Below are positions 53,873-64,000 of a stretch of 64,000 bases of DNA, piece after piece. A program made the translations under genes and the position numbers. How positions within the stretch are numbered: position 1 is the stretch's first letter; the number at the start of each line of letters is the position of its first letter. The notes beneath the pieces were generated by a model, which saw only the letters and a list, made by a program, of their open reading frames with translations, was not told where the DNA came from and did no database searches. Origin of the DNA: Eledone cirrhosa (lineage: Eukaryota); assembly GCA_964016885.1 (NCBI GenBank), contig OZ024757.1, positions 28,458,001 through 28,522,000 of the forward strand, read 5' to 3'.

Positions 53873-55320
53873 GAAGGCTTCACTGGATGTTTACTTTAGC
53901 TTAAACTCATGGTATGGGATTGCTTTATATTTATCTAAAATCTTTCCATTGTAATTTTATCTAAGAATTTTTAACACCTTTAATACTAAACCACTTGAAA
54001 CCACTACAATACAAAACTGTTTGTTTTAAAGTAAAAATATTTCATCATAATTTTATGTACCAAACACCCAACTTAATAATGGTAAAGTTAGTTATTTCAT
54101 AAAATCCTTCTAAATTTCTGATGATTTTCAAAATTATTTGAAAATCATAGGCAGTGTCTTTTATTAGAAATATGATAACAAAAGGGTTAAAATATATATG
54201 TTAATCTACCTCCACCACCACTACTACTACTACTATTACTGCAGGAACTGCCGCCATTTCATAAGAAACTGGATGTTCCGTTAACAAGAGATTGCTGGCA
54301 AATATCAGGGAGAAATATAATGTGATAATGGACGGAGGATGACTTCCGATGATAACTTTTAAGACAGCTTGTTCAAAGGAAGGATGTGGTTTGTCAATAT
54401 TTGAAAATTACCATAATGGAGATGACAACAATGATGATGATGATAATGATAATAATTATCATCATCATCAACATTGGAAGTATGTGGCAGTTACAACAAC
54501 CATGATGTGTATGTGTATTTGTTTGTTTTTTCCCCCTTTGTCCATAATTAATCTCCCATTTCATAGACACCGTCCTCCACCACCACCATCCCCACCACCA
54601 CCATCACTGATAAGGGGTGGCGATGGTGATGGGTGAGACACAAAGATAGAATTGATGTGGCTAACACTATGTAATTTTAGGGACACTTAAAGGTACCAAT
54701 TAGGGAGTTGCTTTAAGAATGAGAGGAGCGGTGGGAGTAGGGGAGGAAAGGCGTGCAGTGGGAGTAGTAGGTAAATTGTGGATAATAGTAATAATGGTGG
54801 TGGCAGTGGTGGTGTGGAGGTGTTTATAGTTAGCTGCAGTGGCTGCACATGGGGGGTTTGAAGTGGTGGAGTGGGGACTGTTGGTGTTTTTATTTAGTTT
54901 CCCTTACCCTCCTATACACACATTAACACACACACACACACACATAAATACATAGACACACATATACAAACAGACAAACACACACTCATACAAACACACA
55001 CAAACAAACACACACACACATACAAACAAAAACACACACACATATAAACACACACAGCTGGCTCAGCAATTGCTGTTTGCCACCAGGTCAACCTTAAAAC
55101 GGCAGGCATGATCATAAGCTTTCCAAATGTGACCATCCAAGTTATACATTTTTCTCTTTTGTTTATTGATTTTTTATTCACACACGATGTATCAAGGACA
55201 AAATTATTCACATCATCCTTCCAGTTGCTGTGACTGGCAGATAGTATCAACAATGGAAAAACCAATGGAAACATCGTTTCCTTGGTCTGATCTGAGGATC
55301 AGTTCCTTTCTTTCCCTTAA

Positions 55321-55522
55321 CCCTTTAGCATTTACATTACTCTATATATATATTGTATTTTTGTGGTAATTATCTCACATAATATTGAATCTATGAGATT
55401 TTGATATTATAAATTTTGAGAAAAAGACCTTAACATCAGTATGAGTGGCCAGTTATAGTCTGTTTAAAGAGAAAGAGGTGAGATAATTCTGGCTAGATAT
55501 GGCCAGTTTAAATGCTAAAGGG
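55321..55522. mobile_element. piggyBac-type MITE (family P), intact ends
   Basis: TTAA|CCCTTTAGCATTTA...TAAATGCTAAAGGG|TTAA: perfect 14-bp TIRs and TTAA TSD. Confidence 0.9.
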
Positions 55523-56093
55523 TTAAGGTCTCTGCAGGAAATAGCTGTATGTATATATTTATTATCTCAATTGTGGACAGGCTGCAGGTTTATATGTGTT
55601 ACTACCAGAAAGAATTCAGTGTCTGGATTTCTTCTATTGTTAAATGAAGAAGAAGAAACTAGGCTAGATAGTCAAGTACCCACCACAGAATAGATTTACC
55701 TATATCTATATTTTTCCTTCTTGATACAATGGTGAGTCAGACATAGCAGGAGGTTCTGATGTGGCGTGCCAAAGTTGAACATATATCTTTGAAAAAGAGA
55801 GAAAAGGGATGAATAAAGGACAAGATTATTATCTCTTTATGATGTGTAAATATAACACACATACACATAATGGTAATAAATATTGGACTCATATATAAAC
55901 ATACATATATGTATAACATTAATATGACCTATTTTTACAACATTTACATATATATAGGTGTGTGTGTATATAATTATATATATATATATATATAATTTTA
56001 TGTATATATATATATGTCATCATCATCATCATCATCGTTTAACGTCCAAGTGGCTTTCTAAGGTGGTAACAAAACATTCATAAACACGTACAT

Positions 56094-56196
<103 letters not shown>

Positions 56197-56638
56197 CATA
56201 TAGCACAAAACTAACCAGCCAACTAAGGAAACTAATCTAAAACAATTTCTGATGATTTCTGCGACTTTGTAAGTGAAATAGGATGAATCAAAGTGAATTG
56301 CTGAAAGGATAAAGGGAAGTGGTTTTCTAAGGTGGTAACAATACCTTCATATATACATACGTGTATGTGTCTGAGTGTGTGCGTGTGCATGTATATATAT
56401 ATATATGTAAGTATATATATATATATATATTATTTGTCTGCCTCTCTGTTTTGTTCCCGTCTAAATTTGCACTATATATATATATATATGTGTGTGTGTA
56501 TGTATATATATATATATATATATGTGTGTATGTATATATATATATGTATGTATGTGTGTGTGTGTGTATGTATATATATATATATGTATGTATATGTATA
56601 TGTGTATGTATGTAAGTATGTATATATATATATATATA

Positions 56639-56696
<58 letters not shown>

Positions 56697-57014
56697 AAAA
56701 GATAACTAAATTTAATTTTTAGTGATTAAAGCTGGTTTGAAAATGAACTAGGGATAATGTAATATAAATATAGTAAATAATAATAATGCATAGATATGCA
56801 TAAGTACATACATATATAAATGGTTGTATGTATATATATATATATACACACACACATGCCACTATATATGTATATATATAGTTGTGGAAGGTATATAATT
56901 TTTGAGATAACAAAGGATTGATTTGAAAAGGAAAATATTCCTGAATAAAATTTAGAAAAACTATTCAAGTAAGTAAACAAAAATTTGAGAATAATTTATA
57001 AAAGCAAACATACA

Positions 57015-57056
<42 letters not shown>

Positions 57057-57195
57057 GTATATGCTTTTGTATGTATGTATGTATGTATATTTAACATTCT
57101 CTTTTCCATGTTGGCATGTATGTAAATTTATGTGTGTGTGTATATATATATATATATATAAATGCATACTCACATAGACGTGTGTGTGTGTGCAT

Positions 57196-57252
<57 letters not shown>

Positions 57253-57441
57253 TACGTACACTACATTAGTGATTAACTGATGCTATATGAATATTTATGA
57301 AATCATGCAATGTTTAGAGAGAAAATTCTTATTTATTGTTTAATTGTTGAGTAAATATTGTTCCTGTGTCACAGGAATCTGGTTTTCAAGAGACATACTG
57401 AGTAGTGTGTGTGTATCTATGTGTACACACCACACACACAC

Positions 57442-57506
<65 letters not shown>

Positions 57507-57564
57507 CATATATGTATATATATACATATATACATATATATATGTATATATATACATATATACA

Positions 57565-57594
<30 letters not shown>

Positions 57595-57595
<1 letters not shown>

Positions 57596-58200
57596 CAGGT
57601 CACCAGTTGGTGCTACTGGTAACATGTACCCCAGTACAACCTGTCTCATGGTCGGGTCGTTGGCGACTAAACTGGCAACCCCACCAAGGTTTCTTGGTGA
57701 GGAGGGTCACTTTGGACATCCTGCAGGACTAAAAACAAAACCTGTTAAAGGGCAAAGGAGCTCTTAAGAGTCAATGGCCATTCAAAATCACTGGGAGAGA
57801 TGACCCCTTAGCCTTTGTCAAGGCAGAATTCTAGGAGAAGGAAAACTCTGATATAACACCTGCAACCCTGACGGTATCCAATGATGTTGACTTGTTCTTC
57901 TTTTTGGTAAATATCATCTTGGTTAAGAGAGTGGTCTGGCTTTGTGCAGTGCCTTTGCTCACTATAAAAGCTTCAAGGCACAGGCATTGCTTTATATCTG
58001 GAGATCTCTCTGCACTTGTCGTTACATGGTACCATGGGCCCAGCACTATGTGTCAATAATTGTCACAAGTGTAGTGTTTTTACCAGAATTTTCAAGTCGC
58101 AGGCTGGACTAAAAAGTCACACTCGTTCAGCGCATCGGTAGGGGTTCTCCTACATGGATATAAAGTAGTGGCCGTACTCGAAAACGAGTTGGCAGCCACC
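57595..58200 (+). mobile_element. Non-coding interspersed element, probably RTE 5'-UTR-related, in (TA)n
   Basis: Homologous to 28185-28735. Contains TAGGAGAAGGAAAACTCTGA, a motif I recall from RTE 5' regions. Confidence 0.6.
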
Positions 58201-58213
58201 ATATATATATATA

Positions 58214-58591
58214 CAATGATATTAAATAAATGGAAACTATATTTATAAAACCATATTTATTTTATTATACATATTTCAAGGGTACCAAGACAACATTGGT
58301 ACGCTTTCATCAGATAAAATACAAAGATTGGAAATTCACTGTGAATTTCCAGTCGTTAAGGTATGATTTTCATGGGTACGTCTATTTATAAAACAAACTT
58401 TGTATTTTATCTGATGAAAGCGTACCAATGTTGTCTTGGTACCCTTGAAATATGTATAATAAAATAAATATGGTTTCATAAATATAGTTTCCATTTATTT
58501 AATATCATTGAATATTTACTCCAGTAAGCTGTTGTGTGCTTTAAATATTTATGTTTGTCGGACTTCCAACAAATTAAATACAACTTCTACT
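58214..58591 (+). mobile_element. HHR-bearing fold-back element (family H2)
   Basis: 113-bp arms 58214-58326 / 58398-58510 with one mismatch, tail to 58591, (TA)n flanks. Confidence 0.85.
58404..58465 (+). ncRNA. Type-I hammerhead ribozyme (mirror copy on the minus strand at 58259-58320)
   Basis: ATTTTAT-CTGATGA-AAGCGTACCAA TGTTGTC TTGGTACCCTT-GAAA-T ATGT A-TA-ATAAAAT. Confidence 0.8.
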
Positions 58592-58866
58592 TATATATAT
58601 ATATATATACATGTATGTATATATATATATGTATATATATATGTATATATATATTTATATATGATTGTCATGTATATATATATGATGGTAGTAGATTGTT
58701 GGAATCGTTTATGCATCAGACAGAAGTGTGTGCATCATTTTCTTATTCTGAGTTCAAATAGTATGTTACATTATATAAAGCAAATGAGGTCTGGGTTCTT
58801 GTTAATTTGGATAAAAAAGAAAATACATACATCCACATATCTATCTATCTATCTATCTATCTATAA

Positions 58867-59275
58867 GACACCTTTCTCTCCGGCCAACAACTGATTCTTT
58901 TTTTCAAATACCACTTTGGAAGAAGAATCAGGATGGAGAGAGAGGTGCTGTACCCCAGCAAGTTTTACGAAAGGTGGGTGAAAGTGGCGAGAATGGCCCG
59001 AGTGAATGGGCCTTCTCTCTATATCAGCCTGTAGGTTGAGGAAAAGGAGGAGGAGAGGAAAGGAGTACAAGCTCTTCGTACTCCTGGAGATGAGGGTTGC
59101 ACATTTTTTTTCGGGGGTATGTGTTACCCATATAAACTGTCTCCCTCTATTGGGGAAAATCGACTAACTTTTAAATTCCATCTGTGATAACATTTTACAC
59201 GTTTTTATTGTATGTAAACTTCCCCCTTTGTATTTGTCCCCTTCTTTTGTGCCCCTGTGGCTAATAAAGAAATAT
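58867..59275 (+). mobile_element. 5'-truncated Tx1/L1-type LINE: ORF2 C-terminus (58867-59034) and 3' UTR
   Basis: Intact frame DTFLSGQQLILFFKYHFGRRIRMEREVLYPSKFYERWVKVARMARVNGPSLYISL*, with the RIR.E...F...W pattern of Tx1-type C-termini. 3' UTR ends AATAAAGAAAT. (TATC)n on both sides. Confidence 0.7.
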
Positions 59276-59320
59276 ATCTATCTATATATATATTGGCAAC
59301 ATGACCCTCCCAATGTATAA

Positions 59321-59360
<40 letters not shown>

Positions 59361-59365
<5 letters not shown>

Positions 59366-59541
59366 TTCTACAGGACTAGAACTGTTTCATTCATTAGAAA
59401 TCATCAGTGATTCCTGATGATTTCTAATGAATGAAACAGTTCTAGTCCTGTAGAATCTCATCTATATTAAAACTTTTATACTCTGCTATGTATTGAGTAC
59501 CTAACTTACTGTGGTTACCTCCGATTCAACCCGGAATAACG
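59361..59541 (+). mobile_element. HHR fold-back element family H1 copy 4 (HHR at 59409-59457)
   Basis: GATTC-CTGATGA-TTTC TAAT GAAT-GAAA-CAG TTCTAGTC CTG-TA-GAATC. 5' inverted partial copy at 59363-59407. (TA)n flanks. Confidence 0.85.
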
Positions 59542-59668
<127 letters not shown>

Positions 59669-59976
59669 CATCATAATTATCATTGTTTAATGTCCATCTT
59701 CCACGTTAGCATGCATAGAAAATGATATCATTATTCAGTTTCTGTTAGTGTAATCAATTAATTTGATTATGTAACAAGAATCAGAAGCTGCTTATCGTAG
59801 TGTTTTACTCAACGGTCGAATTATTTCATTTGGTAAATCCCATGGTAGTTCCACTATAGGTTCCAATTTACACAGTATATGTAGAAATTTACAAAGTTAT
59901 TATTTAAAACATCGCAATCTAGAAGAGTGGGAATAACATTTATTGCATAACACTGACATATGTTTCATCGTATGTG

Positions 59977-60045
<69 letters not shown>

Positions 60046-60453
60046 ATAATTTAATGACTGTTACCCATCGTGGCATTGGTTGAAGAAGTTGCAAGATCCA
60101 ATATTAAATGTTCCTTATTTTAGCACGGTGTCGTTCACTGGAAGTCCTTCCTAACGTCAACCACTTTTCAGAGTGTATTAGGTGCATTATATCATAACAC
60201 CACCACTAGAAAGATTGTCATGTATTCAGACCGAAGAGTCATCTGTACTCTATGCCCATATATCTGTTTAGATGGAGAATAGTATTCCCCGACACACATC
60301 TGGAGATCACAGAGGCATGAAACACAAGTGGTGAGAAACATTATTTAGTTTTCATAAAGCATACCCTCTACATGTATTGAGTGCTCCATTACTCATTTAT
60401 TCACAAAAGGTAGTTTCAATATTGATATACATAAATATGTGTGCGTATGTGTG

Positions 60454-60507
<54 letters not shown>

Positions 60508-61033
60508 GAATAATCGAGTATCGGAAAATCAGCTCACGAATATATATACTACACACTCACACATACATGCCTGTGTGACATGGCATTTTATACATATAGA
60601 CCTTAATTTACAGATTTATATGAAGGTATGCATTCCTTTGTGTATGTACATATATACATCATCATCATCGTGCATACATACATTCTTGCATACATACACA
60701 CACACATACATACCCACATACCCACATACATACATACACACATACATATATACATACATAAAAGCACATGCATTTATCTGTATGTGTGCGATTGTATGCA
60801 TGTATATATCTACATACACACCACACATACATATCTACTCTTCTCTATCAACACTCAGCTTCCACATTCTTAGATTAACATTACTTAATTGAATTATAAG
60901 TGAATTTATTTACTTGAGGTAGTATATTTCTTGTTAAATCTCCCTTAATCCTATCTCACTGAGAGGATTAGCTAAATTAGAAAATAAAATTATATATACA
61001 TACACATATATGTAGTGTGTATATCTGTATATC

Positions 61034-61066
<33 letters not shown>

Positions 61067-61114
61067 GTGTGTGTGTGTATACATACATATATATGTACCC
61101 TTATATGTATTTAT

Positions 61115-61160
<46 letters not shown>

Positions 61161-61384
61161 TAGAATAAAAAAACAAAAATCCTGGAATTGTTAATTTTTA
61201 AATAAAATACAATCCAACTTGTATTTAACTGTGATGAATCATTTAGCTTTGAGCTGTGAATTAACAGACAGGTAGATAGAAAAATATATATATATATATA
61301 TATATATATAACATATATATATAATATATATATATTTTATATATATATATATATAATATATATATTATATATATATATGATATA

Positions 61385-61429
<45 letters not shown>

Positions 61430-61432
<3 letters not shown>

Positions 61433-61652
61433 TCATCATCGTTTAACAAGGGTTTGGACGGGAGTTTTCCCACTTGAGGCAAGAGTGGTTGTCTTGCTCG
61501 CATAGGACTGTCTGGCGGGTTTTCTACGGCTGGATGCCCTTCCTAACACCAACCACGTTTACAGTGTGGACTGGGAGGTTTTTACCGTGTTACCTACATG
61601 GCCACATTACAGCGTGGACTGTGTGTTTTTTTGTCGTGACACCTACACGACC
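61430..61652 (-). mobile_element. SINE family B 3' part
   Basis: TTTCTACGGCTGGATGCCCTTCCTAACACCAACCAC...ACAGTGTGGACTGG with a (CAT)n tail. Confidence 0.65.
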
Positions 61653-62084
61653 TCATTTGTTTCGGACTGGATGTTGTGGTACCAACATAACTTTACATAT
61701 ATATATTTTATATATAACTTTTATACATAACTTTACATATATATATATATATTTATAGAGAGAGAGAGAGAGAGGGAGAGAGATAAACAGATAGATAGTA
61801 TGATATAGATAGATAGATCGAGAGAGAGAGAGAGGGGTGTCGGTAGGGGAAGTATGTGTAATTGAGAGAGGGGGGAGAAAAAGAGCAAAAGAGAAAGAGG
61901 TTGCAAATTGATTATTATCATCTCTGTGGCAAATCGTCAGGATTGACAAACAGTTGAGAGATAATTTGATAGTTTAATTAACCAGTTAATTATAATTAGT
62001 ATTTGGCTTAACATTGTAAATGTACAACAAAAATGCATTTCGGTCACTTGGGACATGCCCTTTGGCTTTTGCCCATTCAGTAGC

Positions 62085-62795
62085 TGGTACTAACAGGGTT
62101 CAGATGATATACATTACCTTCAGGTTGCAGTTTTTTCTCCCACTGAGCCATGTTCCCCTTGTATATCCTAAGAACAGACTTCATATACTTCCTCCTCAGG
62201 CCCCAGTGTTTCTTGAATTAAGCTGTTCTCCTTGTATAAATATATCCTAACAACAGAATTTACATAGTCCTTCTTCAGGGCACAGTTCGTCTCTAATTAA
62301 CCCTTTAGTATTTACATTACTCTATACATCCTATTATAATTTCATGGTAAAGGCTTTACCTCAATAATCATCTCACATAATATTGAATCTATGATATTTT
62401 GATATTATTTATTTTGAGAACAATACCTTAACATCAGTATGAGCAACCAGATAAGGCCGGTTTAAATGCTAAAGGGTTAAGGTATGTACCTAACAACAAG
62501 ATTCACTTATTTCCCTTTTAGGTTGCAGTGTCTTCCTGAGGTATATTTTCCCTGTATATAATCTAACAACAGAGTTTACATATTATACCTACAGTTTACA
62601 ATGTCTCCCTAACTGAGGTTTCTCCTCCCTTGTATGTATATATCTTGACAGCAGGGTTCACAAACTTCACTTCCAGATTGCAGTGCCTTTCTAACAGAGG
62701 CCTGTCCTGTCCCCTTGTATATTATCTAATAACACTCCACCTACAGATTGCAGTGTTTTCATAACTAAAACCTGTCGCCTTGTATATATCCTAGG
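62085..62795. repeat. Degenerate ~80-90-bp array interrupted by a MITE
   Basis: Recurrent CTAACAACAG..TT.ACAT....CCT.CAGGTTGCAGTGT...CCTTGTATATATC. Confidence 0.6.
62301..62476. mobile_element. piggyBac-type MITE (family P, internal deletion)
   Basis: TTAA|CCCTTTAGTATTTA...TAAATGCTAAAGGG|TTAA. Confidence 0.85.
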
Positions 62796-63562
62796 CCATA
62801 TTATTCAGAAGCCTAGGGGTGCTCCAAGGACTAGAGGCTGATGAAATATTTTTTCTTCTTTTGCTGTAGTGGGATGAAAGATTGAAGTACTAGAGTTTGT
62901 GGGTGGGTGGGTGGTGGTGAGTTATTATTTTTGTCATTGTTATTGTCATTGTTATTATTGTGGTTTTTATCTGTTCTTGTTTGTCGTTTTCTATTCCCTT
63001 CCTTTCCCCTGATCCAATTATCTAACCTCACATCTAGCAATAACACCACAATAAACTGAAGTAAATAATGCATGTAGACACACACAGACATATATGCATA
63101 TATATATACACACACACACACACATATATATTTATATTTATCTATACATACACACACATATATATTATTATTTATGCACACACACATATATGTAATTATA
63201 TATATATATATATATATATTTATACACACACACACACACATAATATTTGTACAAAGATGTCCATTGTATATAGATATATACATTGTATATATAACATTTT
63301 CAGCATATAATCATAGACAGTAGAGGAAACACTTATATTTACATACCTAACAACTTAGATATTTAGAATATAATAGATCCCACATCAGATTTGATGGTGT
63401 AAAGCGATTTCTATATCTACAGTGATTTATGGATGTTCTTTGGAAGGGGTCCATCAACATATTCAAGTTAGAGTCATAGATCACATTAGATGGTTAATTT
63501 AATTATAATTTATTAATTTGTTTGATGCAACTCTTGATTGGGAAATACATCATCATTATCTG

Positions 63563-63645
63563 TGGATTGGCAGTATCAGTAGAGCGTCGAACAACATGCT
63601 TAGTGGCATAGAGTTGTGGCCGTTTACGTTCTGAGTTCAAATCCC
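63563..63645 (+). mobile_element. SINE family A head only
   Basis: TGGATTGGCAGTATCAGTAGAG...GTTCTGAGTTCAAATCCC, truncated right after the B-box. Confidence 0.7.
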
Positions 63646-63731
63646 CTGTGTGTATGATGTTGACGGTCGTGAGAATGAATACTCAATACCAAAGTAGAGT
63701 TTAGATATTCGTTATTATGGCTAAGTGATGG

Positions 63732-63784
63732 GTTTTGTTACTCTAGAGTTTCACCTGTGAACTCACAGCATCATCAGACAAGAC
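63732..63784 (-). ncRNA. Putative type-I hammerhead ribozyme (element about 63650-63786)
   Basis: Minus strand GTCTTGT-CTGATGA-TG CTGTGA GT TCACAG GT-GAAA-CTCTAGAG-TA-ACAAAAC. Stem III is a perfect palindrome. Tail has ACTC...TATTGAGTATTC. Confidence 0.75.
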
Positions 63785-63795
63785 AATATATATAT

Positions 63796-63957
63796 ATAGG
63801 AAAAAGTATGACCCCGACGGCAGAGCTCAAGCCGTTTCGAAACGGCTTGAGCTCTGCTGTCGGGGTCATACTTTTTCCTATTACTCACTCTACTACCCTA
63901 AGTATTGAGTACTCTGGTGCGTTATGGTCCATCTGGTTCCTTACCACATTTCCTTTG

Positions 63958-63960
<3 letters not shown>
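63796..63960 (+). mobile_element. Fold-back element centred on an HHR half (loopless palindrome 63796-63881)
   Basis: 43-bp arms with one mismatch, symmetric about TTTC|GAAA. GAAA-CGGC...GCTG-TC is an HHR stem III with a GUC site. Tail TATTGAGTACTC. (TA)n flanks. Confidence 0.75.

Positions 63961-64000
<40 letters not shown>

Noticed and set aside
56243-56292. CTGATGA...GAAA candidate hammerhead
   Set aside because: Stem III and the UH site cannot be formed. At best a decayed relic.
60295-60390. CTGGAGA...GAAACACAAGTG with a downstream TATTGAGTGCTC
   Set aside because: Probably an old HHR-element relic, but the core and cleavage triplet are mutated. Not called as a feature.

Overview
AT-rich, microsatellite-saturated non-coding eukaryotic DNA, probably a large intron or intergenic region. 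The SINE/LINE repertoire points to an octopus-like coleoid cephalopod (inference). No complete protein-coding gene is present: almost all listed ORFs are translations of (TA)n, (CA)n, (CAT)n, (CAC)n and (GGT)n repeats. One short minus-strand candidate first coding exon lies at 26020-26111. The window holds tRNA-derived SINEs of at least three families, TTAA-flanked piggyBac-type MITEs, a ~79-bp Tc1/mariner-type MITE, RTE and Tx1-type LINE remnants and several minisatellites. The main unexplained signal is about 14 short inserts, almost all embedded in (TA)n tracts, that carry type-I hammerhead ribozyme folds (CUGANGA-stem II-GAAA-stem III-UH). They belong to roughly 8 sequence-unrelated families, show compensatory base changes between copies, often have a 5' inverted fold-back copy, and share an ACUC...GAGURC stem-loop about 35-60 nt from the 3' end. 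This fits Penelope-like pLTRs or non-autonomous retrozymes. All structures were read by eye, not computed.
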